A program made the position numbers and the translations under genes. This document shows positions 1 through 11,992 of a stretch of DNA of 64,000 bases, piece after piece. This DNA is from Octopus sinensis (lineage: Eukaryota). The notes under the pieces are model-generated. The model was not told the origin of the DNA. It saw only the letters and a program-made list of their open reading frames with translations, and did not search any database. The DNA is taken from the NCBI RefSeq assembly GCF_006345805.1, contig NC_043011.1, positions 44,838,464-44,902,463 of the forward strand, in the 5' to 3' direction. Numbering within the stretch: position 1 is the stretch's first letter; each line of letters starts with the position of its first letter.

Positions 1-290
1 CCTGAGAATCCACATGAATAAAGATGCAGCGCTATAGCTCGTTGAATTATGGGATCATTCACAGCAAGAAAAATTATTCTGTGCTACCCCTATGGAGAAC
101 ATTTGTTTTCAGTTGCCTAGATTACTGCTCTCAACGATGGTCGCCACGAATTGACAAGCTAATTGTGGAACTCGTGGCAGTCTAACGCCACCACGCGAAG
201 ATTGACTCGGCAGAGCGGATGAACTATCGAGAGATGCTAAATGAAGTGAGACTTTACTAGAGAGAAGAAATGAAAGATGCCGTCCAAGGA
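1..290 (+). pseudogene. Decayed CR1-group LINE ORF2 fragment (post-RT region), same family as the 46.9-52.6 kb element
   Basis: Manual translation from about 93: WRTFVFSCLDYCSQRWSPRIDKLIVELVAV*RHHAKIDSAERMNYREMLNEVRLY. This aligns with WKTFVLSRLDYCSQLWSPHNIKQTAELEATQRSYTKKIVSMQNVSYWERLKVLNLF in ORF 47164..48042. It has stops and indels. Confidence 0.85.
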
Positions 291-744
291 ATCATGAGGT
301 GGCACATAATATTGATTCTTGGAATGCTTTTTAAAAATGTTTGATTCGTGTCTATTCACCTGATGAAAACAGCTTTTTTTTCGAATGATGTAATAACTCT
401 ATTCATAAATAAAAACTCGTTTGAAACAGCTGTAGTGAATGAACCAATATCAAGCTGTTATTTGTTTATCATTCACCTTACTCGGAATCTGCAATTAGCG
501 TGGGTCTGGAGTCTGTTTAGTGCTGTACACTTAGTGCAGTGTATGTTCTTAGATACAACCTTGAGACTCGTGATATAATCAGTCGGGCGCATCTGATTGT
601 TTATGCAATTGGAATATTAATCCGCCTCTACTTCGGTATTTCGTATATATTCCTCTAATTTTATTATGTACACGGTTGCTATTTCTTAGACTTGAACTTG
701 GTACTTTACTATTTAGGCACCTGATTCAATCGAATCCTGAACTT

Positions 745-745
745 A

Positions 746-826
<81 letters not shown>

Positions 827-886
827 GTCTGTCTTCTGTCTGTCTGTCTGTACATCCATCCATATATACATATACATACATACATA

Positions 887-970
<84 letters not shown>
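745..970. repeat. (TATC)n, (TGTC)n and (TA)n microsatellites
   Basis: Direct reading. Confidence 0.97.
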
Positions 971-976
<6 letters not shown>

Positions 977-1262
977 TAAATTAGAGATAAAACCACTATT
1001 AGGCAAATCAAACGATGAAAAACTTAAGCCAATACATAGAATTAATTAATTAATAATATTTTAAATATATATCAAAATTTAATAAACTTTTGATATATAT
1101 ATAAATTAATTAATTTTATGTATTGGCTTAAGTTTTTCATTGTTTGATTTGCCTAATAGTGGTTTTATCTCTAATTTAATATAATATAATATTTTACTAT
1201 AAAATTGGATTCAATCCTAAATCTGATTTTTCCCTGTAAGTTTGAATTTATTCCCTAATATT
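970..1262. mobile_element. AT-rich foldback repeat next to (TA)n; partial second copy at about 63365-63515
   Basis: Arms of about 80 bp (970-1051 and 1103-1185) are reverse complements. The 3' part (tattttactataaaattggatt..aatcctaaatctgattttt..ccctgtaa..ttccctaata) recurs at 63.4-63.5 kb. Confidence 0.7.
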
Positions 1263-1306
1263 TTATTATATATATATATATATATATATAAATATATATA
1301 TATATA

Positions 1307-1361
<55 letters not shown>

Positions 1362-1387
1362 GTATATATAGAAAGATAGATAGATAG

Positions 1388-1790
1388 ATACGTATGAAGG
1401 TTCTGAAAAGCTTAGCTCTCAACTTTGGGACTGAAAACTGTACCAACCAACGAACTCGACGCCCCTGCATCGTACCAAAGATCCCGTCCTCTCCATCAAG
1501 AGTAAGGTCACGGTGCTGTAACTACCCATGTTTCAAAGGCCCACAACTTTTCGACACTCTGGCACACTACCCCAGAGATATGTAAGGCGTAAAGTACATG
1601 TAGGTGAATTTTTATTTGAGGTACATGATGACCCCTCATCGCGGAAGGTAACACAAAGGAGAGCGACTTTGTGCAACTCTCTATATCACCAGAAACAATT
1701 TCAGAGAGAAGGCCTGAAATAAAGACCGATCACACTAAATGCGATGCACCAGCACCGCCGTAGACTCTAAATGATGAAAAACCCAGGAAA
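1388..1790 (+). pseudogene. Continuation and 3' end of the decayed CR1-group LINE begun at 1-290
   Basis: KVLKSLALNFG..CIVPKIPSSPSRVRSRCCN..FKGPQLFDTL..RDM and FLFEVHDDP match KILEGLIPNFG / PRIPTSPSKYRSRYCNSLGFRGPQLFNILPKCLRDL / FLLEVPDEP in the young copy. Confidence 0.85.
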
Positions 1791-2159
1791 AGTATAGCAT
1801 TTATCTTTTTTAGACTGCAGCCAAGTTGGGGCATCCCCTTTGAAGAATTTTTGCCGAATGAATCGATTCAGTACATTTTGTCCCAGTATTCTTAGTCTTC
1901 TTTTTTTTAAAGCCTAGTACTTATTCTACTGGTTTCTTTTGCCGGACCGCTAAGTTACGAGGGTCTAAACACACCAACATCGGTTATCAACCTGTGGTGG
2001 GAGACAAACGCATACACAAAGATAAACGAAAACACACACACATTCTGTTATGAACGTAGTCCACCTTCAGATTTCACCCTGTGTTATCCAGTAGTAGTAT
2101 TATAGGTACTTTCAGGTTTTTGTTTGGGCATCTGTCATGTGTAAATAGTTATTTATTCT

Positions 2160-5100
2160 TGAAGCCAAATTTTCGAACACTTTTTAGGTGAAATTTTACC
2201 CAAAAATTTTTCCCATAAATTTTTCGAAAATTTCACCCAAAAAGTTTTCGAAAATTTTCCCCAAAAATTTGTCGAAAATTTTTTATGGAAAATTTTCGGT
2301 GAAAATTTTCGAAAAAGTTTTGAAAAATTTCGGTGAAAATTTTTGGGTGAAATTTTCGACAAATTTTTGGGGAAAATTTTCAGTGAAAATTTACCCAAAA
2401 ATTTTTCCCATAAATTTTTCGAAAATTTCACCCAAAAAGTTTTCGAAAATTTTCCCCAAAAATTTGTCGAAAATTTTTTAGGGAAAATTTTCGAAAAATT
2501 TTGAAAATTTCGGTGAAAATTTTTGGGTGAAATTTTCGACAAATTTTGGGGAAAATTTTCTGAAAATTTTTGGGTAAAGTTTTCGGTGAAAATTTTCGAA
2601 AACTTTTCGGTTAAAATTTTCGGAAAATTTTTGGGTAAAATTTTCGGTGAAAATTTTCGCAAATTTTTTGGGTAAAATTTTCGGTGAAAATATTCGGAAA
2701 ATTTATGGGGAAAATTCTCAGTGAAGATTTTCTGAAAATTTTGGAGTAAAATTTTCAGTGAAAATTTTCGAAAGATTTTTGAAAAATTTCGGTGAAAATG
2801 TTTGGAAAATTTTGGGTTAAAATTTTCGACAAATTTTTGGGGAAAATTTTCGGAAAATTTTTGGGTAAAATTTTCGGTGAAAATTTTCGAAAACTTTTTA
2901 GGTTAAAATTTTCCGTAAATTTTTGGGTGAAAAGTTTTCGGTGAAAATTTTCGACAACTTTTGGGGGAAAATTTTCGGAAAAATTTTTGGGTAAAATTTT
3001 GGGTAAAACGTTTTAGGTGAAATTTTTGGTAAATTTTTGGGTTAAGTTTTCGGTGAAAATTTTCATAAAATTTTCTGTGAAAATTTTCGCAAAATTTGTG
3101 GGTAAAATTTTCGGTGAAAATTTTCGAAAACTATTTAGGTTAAAATTTTCGGTAAATTTTTGGGTAAAGTTTTCGCAAAATTTTTGGGTAAAATTTTAGG
3201 TGAAAATATTCGGAAAATTTTTGGGTAAAATTTTCGGTGAAAATTTTCGAAAACTATTTAGGTTAAAATTTTCGGTAAATTTTGGGTAAAGTTTTCGATT
3301 AAAATTTTCGAAAACTTTCTGGTTAAAATTTTCGGTAATTTTCGCAAAATTTTTGGGTAAAATTTTGGGTGAAAATATTCGGAAAATTTTTGGGTAAAAT
3401 TTTCGGTGAAAATTTTCGAAAACTTTTTGGGTAAAATTTTCGGAAAATTGTCTGATAACATTTGCGGTGCCAAAATCACAAAGTATGGAAGGCCAGCTGT
3501 GCCCTAATCACAAAGTATGAAAAGCCAGCGGTGCCCAAATCACAAAGTATGGAAAGCCAGCGGTGCCAATTTTCGAAAAATTTTCGGGTAACATTTTCGG
3601 TGAAAATTTTCGAAAAATTTTTGGGTAAAATTTTTAGGTGAAATTTTCGGTAAATTTTTGGGTAAAATTTTCTGTAAAAATTTTCGTAAAATTTTTGGGA
3701 AAATTTTCAGTGAAAATTTTCGAACACTTTTTAGGTAAAATTTTACCCAAAAATTTTTTCCATAAATTTTTCGAAAATTTCACCCAAAAAGTTTTCGAAA
3801 ATTTTCCCCAAAAATTTGTCGAAAATTTTTTAGGGAAAGTTTTCGGTGAAAATTTTCGAAAATGTTTTTAAAAATTTTGCTGAAAATTTTTGGGTGAAAT
3901 TTTCAACAAATTTTGGGGGAAAATTTTCTGAAAATTTTTGGGTAAAATTTTCGGTGAAAATTTTCGAAAACTTTTTAGGTGAAATTTTCGGTAAATTTTT
4001 GGGTAAAATTTTCGGTGAAAATATTCGGAAAACTTTTTGGTTAAAATTTTCGGGTAAAATTTTCGGTGAAAATATTCGGAAATTTTTGGGTGAAATTTTC
4101 GGAAAAATTTTGGGTAAAATTTTCGAAAACTTTTTGGTTAAAATTTTCGGGTAAAATTTTCGGTGAAAATATTCAAAACTTTTTGGGTAAAATTTTCGGA
4201 AAATTGTCAGATATTTTCGGTGAAAATTTCCGAAAAATTTTTGGGTAAAATTTTCGGTGAACATCGAAAAATTTTTGAAGAAAATTTTCGGTGAAAATTT
4301 TCGAAAAGTTTTTGGGGAAAATTTTCGAAAACTTTTTGGGTGAAAATTTTCGGTAAATTTTTGGGTAAAGTTTTCGATGAAAATTTTCGAAAACTTTCTG
4401 GTTAAAATTTTCGGAAAATTTTTGGGTAAAATTTTGGGTGAAAATATTCGAAAATTTTTGAGTAAAATTTTTGGAAAATTGTCGGATAACATTTGCGGTG
4501 CCAAAATCACAAAGTATGGAAGGCCAGCGAAGCCAAAATCACAAAGTATGGAAGGCCAGTGGTGCCCAAATCACAAAGTATGAAAAGCCAGCGGTGCCCA
4601 AATCATAAAGTATGGAAAGCCAGTGGTGCCAATTTTCGAAAACTTTTCGGGTAACATTTTCGGTGAAAATTTTCGAAAAATTTTTGGGTAAAAGTTTCGG
4701 AAAAATTTTCGGTAAAATTTTCGAAAACTTTTTGGGTAAAGTTTTCGGAAAATTGTCGGATAACATTTTCGGTGAAAATTTCCGAAAAATTTTTGGGGAA
4801 AATTTTCGAAAACTTTTTGGGTGAAATTTTCGGTAAATTTTTGGTTAAAGTTTTCGGAAAATTTTTGGGTAAAATTTTCGGAAAATTTTTTGGGGAAAAT
4901 TTTCCGTGAAATTTGAGTAAAATTTTCAGTGAAAATTTTCGAAAACTTTTTTGGTGAAATTTTCGGTAAATTTTGGGTAAAGTTTTCGATTGAAAATTTT
5001 CGAAAACTTTCTGGTTAAAATTTTCGGAAAAGTTTTGGGTAAAATTTTCGGTAATTTTCGCAAAATTTTTGGGTAAAATTTTCGGTAAATATATTAGGAA

Positions 5101-5420
5101 AATTTTTGGGTAAAATTTTCGGTGAAAATTTTCGAAAACTTTTTGGGTAAAATGTTCGGAAAATTGTCGGATAACATTTGCGGTGCCAAAATCACAAAGT
5201 ATGGAAGGCCAGCTGTGCCCAAATCACAAAGTATGGAAGGCCAGTGGTGCCCAAATCACAAAGTATGAAAAGCCAGCGGTGCCCAAATCACAAATTATGG
5301 AAAGCCAGCGGTGCCAATTTTCGAAAAATTTTCGGGTAACATTTTCGGTGAAAATTTTCGAAAAATTTTTGGGTAAAATTTTCGGTGAAAATTTTCAAAA
5401 AATTTTTGGGGAAAATTTTC
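2160..5420. repeat. Complex AnTn satellite (aaaattttcgg / aaaatttttggg modules) with three embedded clusters of a 33-bp unit
   Basis: Hundreds of 10-12 bp aaaatttt(c/t)gg modules. The unit gtgcc(c/a)aaatcacaaagtatg(g/a)aa(a/g)gccagc(g/t)g is tandem at about 3464-3568, 4495-4630 and 5180-5317. Confidence 0.95.
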
Positions 5421-5428
5421 ATATCACC

Positions 5429-6017
5429 GAGGTGGCGAGCTGGCAGAAACGTTAGCACGCCGGTCGAAATGCTTTGCAGTATTTCGTCTGCCGCTACGTT
5501 CTGAGTTCAAATTCCGCCGAGGTCGACTTTGCCTTCCATCCTTTCGGGGTCGATAAATTAAGTACCTGTTACGCACTGGAGTCGATGTAATCGACAAAAT
5601 CCGTTTGTCTGTCCTTGTTTGTCCCCTCTGTGTTTAGCCCCTTGTGGGTAGTAAAGAACTAGGTATTTCGTCTGCTGCTTCGTTCTGAGTTAAAATTCCG
5701 CCGAGGTCGACTTTGCCTTTCATCCTTTCGGGGTCGATTAAATAAGTACCAGTTACGCACTGGGGTCGATATAATCAACTTAATCCGTTTGTCTGTCCTT
5801 GTTTGTCCTCTCTGTGTTTAGCCCCTTGTGGGTAGTAAAGAAATAGGTATTTCACCTGTCTCTACGTTCTGAGTTCAAATTCCGCCGTGGTCGACTTTGC
5901 CTTTCATCCTTTCGGGGTCTATAAATGAAGTACCAATTGCGTACTGAGGTCGATCCGATCGACTGGCCCCTCGCCCAAAATTTCGGGCCTTGTGCCTAAA
6001 GTAGAAAAGAATATTTA
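5429..6017 (+). mobile_element. tRNA-derived SINE family A, trimeric copy, with TSD
   Basis: A-box-like tggcagaaacgttag and B-box-like gagttcaaattcc. The core gaggtcgactttgcctttcatcctttcggggtcgataaattaagtacc occurs 3 times. Flanking duplication catatcacc at 5420-5428 and 6018-6026. Confidence 0.9.
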
Positions 6018-6199
6018 CATATCACCAGACAAAACACAACTAGATCTCATACTGTAGAGATACAGTTGCATAATCAAGTACCTGCACCCCTGGAGAACTA
6101 CGTTGCGTGGAAACAATTGCAGTGATTAAAAAATAAACGTCCAGCTGTACTCTTTGTTGACTCCAGATTATATATACACTCATAGACACATGCATATTA

Positions 6200-6360
6200 T
6201 ACATTCATACGACGGTTTTTTCTTTTCAGTTTACGTCTACCAAATGTTTTCACAAGTTTTGGTTCTGATCAAGGCTATAGTAAAAGACACTTGTCCAAGA
6301 TGCAACGCAGTGGGACTGCACTTGGAACCATGTGGTTGGGAAGCAAGCTTCATACCACAC
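6200..6360 (-). mobile_element. SINE family B head fragment
   Basis: Reverse complement of the gtggtaagaagcttgcttcccaaccacatggttcc..cagtcccactgcg motif seen in the copies at 34.1, 38.6 and 39.8 kb. Confidence 0.75.
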
Positions 6361-6517
6361 CTATATATATAATATATATATATATATTTGAAAACCACAC
6401 TAGAATGGGAGAAAGCGTTAATATATGATCTAAGTTATATGATATATAAAAAATGTAATATACAATAAATATCAGTAATTATAACCATCCGATTTTCTGA
6501 GTACCTCATTTCTTCTA

Positions 6518-6519
<2 letters not shown>

Positions 6520-6584
<65 letters not shown>

Positions 6585-7185
6585 CTTAGATACATGCATA
6601 CACGTACATGCATACATGCATGCATATATGTATAATTATATGTATTTATACAAGTATATATGTATGTTTATGAATGTATATATTAAAACGTATATGCACG
6701 TTTCGTGTACACATATACATATATACATAATTGTGTGTGTGTATGTTTGTATGGATCTATATGTATGTTGGTGTATACACATGTAATAAAAACATATACA
6801 TACATTTACGTGTATGCAGTATAAACAAACACTTTATATATATATAGATAGATATAGATATAGATATTTACATAGAAACGCACACGCGCTCGTGCACACA
6901 CACACACACATACATACATACACGCATACATACATACATACATACATACATACATACATACATACATACATACATACATACATACATACATACATAAATC
7001 TTTATATATACATATGTAGGTTTATGCACATAACATGTGTATTGTTATGTCCTAACACAATTTCTTCTGCCAAAACACAAAGATGAGGATTGTGTAAAAA
7101 AAATAAACGTAGATGTAACAATAACGCACTATGTATGTATGTATGTATGTATGTATGTATGTAGTATGTATGCATGTATGTATTA

Positions 7186-7218
<33 letters not shown>

Positions 7219-7680
7219 ATGTATGTATGTATGTATGCATGTATGTATTGTGTGTGTGTATGTATGTGTATCAATGTATGTATGTATGTATGTATTATGT
7301 GTGTATGTATGTATTATATATGCATGTATGTACGTGTGTGTATGTATGTGTATGAATGTATGTATGTATATGTATGTATGTGTGTGTATGTATGTATGTA
7401 TGCATGCATGTATGTATGCATGTATGTATGCATGTATGTATCCATGTATGTATATATGTTTGTATGTATATGCATATATGTATATATACATATACACATC
7501 CACATACATACATATATATACATACATAGAGCTCATGTATAAATGTACTTCTGTATCTGCGCACACGCACGAACACACACACAAACACAAACAAACACAA
7601 ACACACATACGTACACACGCGTGTGTGCATGTATGTGTGTCCGTGTATGCGTGTGTGTTTAAACAAAGATGTGTCCTTTG
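6520..7680. repeat. Compound (TA)n/(TATG)n/(TG)n/(CA)n microsatellite block
   Basis: Direct reading; explains the many Y/V/C/M and H/T/Y/I ORFs. Confidence 0.97.
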
Positions 7681-8044
7681 TTAAAAGTGTATCATTTGGC
7701 TAAAATTTGAAACCGGAACATCTACACATCAGAACAACCACCAACACCATCACCACCATTATCACAACTATCACCATCTTGCTTTTCATCATCATCATCA
7801 CCAGACATCAAAATCCTTACCACCAGCATCAGCATCAGCATCACCACCAGCAATAACACCACACCACCACCGTCATCGTCATCGTCATCATCATCATCAT
7901 CATCATCATCAAGCAACAACAACAATCACAACCACAACAATGTCGACACAATATGCAAAGCTGAAATGAAATCTGAAGAATTGTGTCGAATCACAAATTT
8001 TAAATTTCACGCTAATAAATAGATTAATTAATTAACTTTGTCAT

Positions 8045-8960
8045 TAACATACTCTACAAAATTACCCCTATCTACCCTGCACAACAACCCCTATCTTTCT
8101 ACATCACCGTCCCTATCTAACCCTAACTTATTTACCTCTACTCCAGCATCCCTATCAAACCCTATCTATTCTATCCGTCCAACACCGCCACCCCTATCTG
8201 TCTACACTCCCACCCCTATATACTTCTACACGTCCCCTATTTTTCTACACTGCCACCCCTATCTCTCTAGACCTCCGCTCCTATCTCTCTACACAACTAC
8301 CCCTATCCACCTCTACACCACCACCATTATTTGCGCTACACCACCACCCTTATCGCTCTACAACACTACCCCTATCTACCTGTACTCCACCATCCGTATC
8401 TTTCTACTCCTCCTCCCCTATATACTTCTACACATCTACATCTATCTCTCTACACTACCATCCCTATCTCCACACAACCACCCCTATTTGCCCTACGTCA
8501 CCACCCCTATCTCTTTACACCTATTCCTATATACATCTATATGTCAACACCTATCTTTCTACACTGCCACCCCTATCCACCGCTACACCACCACCCCTAG
8601 CCCCTACGCTACAACCTGTATCTCTCTATAACGCCACCCCTATCTACCTTTCTACCACTACCCTTATTTACCCTATGCCACATCTCCACCCCTATTTCTC
8701 TACACCCCACCCCTAAATACTTCTAAAGTTCTACCCCTATCTCCCTAGGCCGCCTACCCTATGTACACTGCACCACTGCCCTTATCTACCCTACACATAC
8801 TGCCTACAGTACCCCTATCTACCCTACGTTGCCACACTCGTTCTACCCAACCACCTTTACCTACCCAATAATAGCACCACTTTCCCCAAACTACCACCCA
8901 TCCCCTATACTACTACCACCACCACCACTACCACCTCACACTACCACTGCAATTTCGCTA
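8045..8960. repeat. Degenerate C-rich minisatellite built on (acc)ccctatctac motifs
   Basis: ccctat(c/a/t) recurs every roughly 20-35 bp; strong C over G strand bias. Confidence 0.8.
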
Positions 8961-9269
8961 ACCATCCTCTCCCTCCCCCCCGCCGCCCACTCACGATACC
9001 AACACAACCAACCGAAATATGTCAAAATCTAAATTTAGCTACAGTAAAAATAATTGCTCATCGTCGAGAAGATACTACATAAGATTCACCCCATAACTTC
9101 AGCACCACCCTACACCCCACCATCGCTAGAACCACCCCACTGGAACCTCCTGCCCCCAAACCCTCACCCACTGACGGAAGCCCTAACTGACCCCCAGGTC
9201 AGATATTCCACTAAAACACGTAAACACAACACACTTTCGACTGTGTCTTCTCTGTGTATGACTTATTGT

Positions 9270-9293
9270 GTATATACATATACTGTATAGTGC

Positions 9294-9366
<73 letters not shown>

Positions 9367-9454
9367 GTGTGTTGTGTGTGGTGTGTGTGTGTGTGGTGTG
9401 TTGTGTGTGTATTTATAGATGAGTGTGTATGCATATATATATGTACACATTATG

Positions 9455-9486
<32 letters not shown>

Positions 9487-9799
9487 GATGTATGTATGTA
9501 TGTATATATACGAACGTATGTATGTACGAATGTGAGTGTGCGTGGAGGGGCATATGTCAGACATGTGATATGTGAGAAATATACGCTATATATTTAGACA
9601 ATACAATCTGTGTGTGTGTTTGTGTATATATATGTATTATATACATATACATACATACATATATATATACATGCATACATACATGCATATATACATATCT
9701 ATACATATTTATACGTCAATGTTCTATGTGTATGTATCCACGTGTTTATGCATTTTAACGTTCATACATATATGCATGATATGCATATATATGTGTGTC

Positions 9800-9835
<36 letters not shown>

Positions 9836-9840
9836 CATGT
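9270..9840. repeat. (TA)n/(TG)n/(TACA)n microsatellite block
   Basis: Direct reading. Confidence 0.95.
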
Positions 9841-9954
9841 TTAATAATGCAAACAGAACTCAAAACAAGAGTATTTATTTATATTTTTATTGTTGCTCCT
9901 GTTAGGTATTAATATGTATACACGCACAAACATATGTATGTATATATATATATA

Positions 9955-10085
9955 TTAAGGTATGTAGAAAAATACAACATGGACAAGAACGTATAACTCA
10001 AGAAGACGACACAATAAACACGGACAGGACATTCGAAACCCTCAGTCTTCAGTCAAGAACCGGATCATCGTAGTAATTTCGGCTG
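9955..10085. repeat. (TA)n-adjacent dispersed repeat, related to 17700-18000 and 45430-45890
   Basis: Shared motif ...cagtc...gatcatc..gcaatttcggctg..gagattgctcc..ggccagcc.caagg.aaaa.ctaagcta, seen in part here and fully in the other two copies. Confidence 0.55.
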
Positions 10086-10122
10086 ATATATATATATATA
10101 TATATATGTTCATATATATAAG

Positions 10123-10157
<35 letters not shown>

Positions 10158-10884
10158 TTATATATGTGAGTGCATGTGTGTGTGTTCATGTGTGTGCGTA
10201 TGTGTGTGAATGTATGGATGTGTGTGTGTGTGTGGATGCGTATGCGTATTTTCATGTGTATGTTCTTTATTTTGCTTTAATTCTTCGAATGCTTCTCGAA
10301 GAAAAGGGGTTAGTTTCCAGCCACGAAGCAGAGTACTATCGCTGGAATTTTACAACAACAACAACAACGAGAACAACAATATCAGTAAAGATTTACATGA
10401 AGAATTTCAGAAAGGTTTTGTCTGTTCTTCGTTTTATGGCCATCCGGGTCACTGAACTGCCTTAGATTTTGGAACAGTTCTCGTTTAGTTTTGAATTTAC
10501 TAAATGTTCTTTGAGAAGGGACCAGTGCCTGTCTTTTAATTACCTACCCCGTGTTTCTCCCAATATCATTAATGACCTTAATTCAAATTTGAACCAAATG
10601 CACGGGACCTCAAATTTAGTGGCAAGTGAACAAACGACTTTATTTAATCGACGTTAGCATATAAAAGAGATAGTCGACCTCGGTTAATTTGAACATGAAA
10701 TAAGATATTTTATTACACTTCCGATTTTGTGAACCCATCGTGCTTAGCAACAATTTGTTATTATTTTCAACGTCTGTAAATATCTGTAAGATACATCATT
10801 GAGCTCAGCTAGAGATATTGTTTTGATGTTACAATCCAGATTCTTTATATACGCTAATGTTTCATGTATTACATTTCATTTTGG

Positions 10885-11240
10885 TTGGTTGGCATCCTTT
10901 CTGTCTCGGGAGACAATGGAGTTGCACATAAAATAATCTAGTCCGGCTTTTATATTTCATGTCCTGATACATTTCCTGCTGTGGCTGGGTAGTCCTATCC
11001 TGGACAAACACTCCCTCTGGCAGGTACCGCAAATGTAGCGAAGACTGTTCCTGGCTGGTTGTAATGCCATAGTCTCTTGTTGACGTCTCTTCTTTTCTTT
11101 CCATTTCTCCTCTCTCTCTCTGTCACTCCTTTGTATTCCCTCTTTTACGGTACGTCGCCATTCTCCACGGTTGCCGGCAACTGCCTCCCAACCGCTAATA
11201 TTGATGTTGCAGGCCTTCATTTCATACTGTGTCAATAACT
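10885..11240 (-). mobile_element. RTE-clade LINE 3' end (5'-truncated)
   Basis: ORF 10957..11235 gives MKACNINISGWEAVAGNRGEWRRTVKEG..YICGTCQRECLSRIGLPSHSRKC, the RTE C-terminal C-x2-C..SRIGL.SH motif. It is followed by an RTE-like 3' UTR attgtctcccgagacagaaaggatgccaacc. Confidence 0.88.
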
Positions 11241-11309
11241 CGAGATTAGCTCTGACCTTTTATGTTGTTATGTGATAGTATATGATATGAAATTTCTAAA
11301 TTTCTCAAT

Positions 11310-11950
11310 AGACGCAGGCATAACTTTGAGATTATGAAACGCGCATTCCAACCACGTGGTTTAGGGTTCAGTCCCACAGTGCAGCACCGTGATCAAGTAT
11401 CTTCTACTATGTACATATGTATGTCTGTATGTATGTATGTATGTATGTATGTATGTATGTATGTATGTATGTATGTATGTATGCATGTACGTACTTACGT
11501 ACGTACGTATGTATGTATGTATGTATGTATGTATGTATGTATGTATGTATGTATGTATGTATGTATGTATGTACGCATGTATGTATTTATGTGTGTGTGT
11601 TTGTGTGTGTGTATGTCTAAGTTTCTCGTCCCACCGCCTGAAGACATGTGTTGGTTTGTTAACGTCCCCGTAGCCTAGCGGTTCGGCAATAGAGAATGAT
11701 AGAACAAATACTAGACATAATAAAAAACAATATTGGGGCTAATTTGTTCGTCTAAAATCCTTTAAGGCTGTGCTCCAGTATGGAGCACCGCCTTTAGTCA
11801 AGCAAATCGACCCCAGGACTTATTCTTTGAATGCCTAGTACTTATTCTATCGGTCTCTTTTGCCGAACCGCCAAGTTTCGGGGACGTAAACACCCCAGCA
11901 TCGGTTGTCAAGCGATGTTGGGGGAACAAACAAACACACACACACACACA
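11310..11950. mobile_element. Degenerate SINE family B copy (+) with expanded (TATG)n, abutting a family B tail on the minus strand
   Basis: gggttcagtcccacagtgcagcacc head; acgtccccgtagcctagcggttcggc tail; inverted tail cgactaaaggcggtgctcc at about 11780-11900. Confidence 0.7.

Positions 11951-11992
<42 letters not shown>

Noticed and set aside
3464-5317. 33-bp direct repeats as a CRISPR array
   Set aside because: Units are directly adjacent with no unique spacers, there are no cas genes, and the context is eukaryotic satellite.
2153-5455. K/F/I/E-rich ORFs as proteins
   Set aside because: Open in several frames on both strands; translations of the AnTn satellite.
7002-7684. Long Y/V/C/M and H/T/Y/I ORFs (also 24-25 kb, 30-31 kb, 57 kb)
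   Set aside because: Microsatellite translations.
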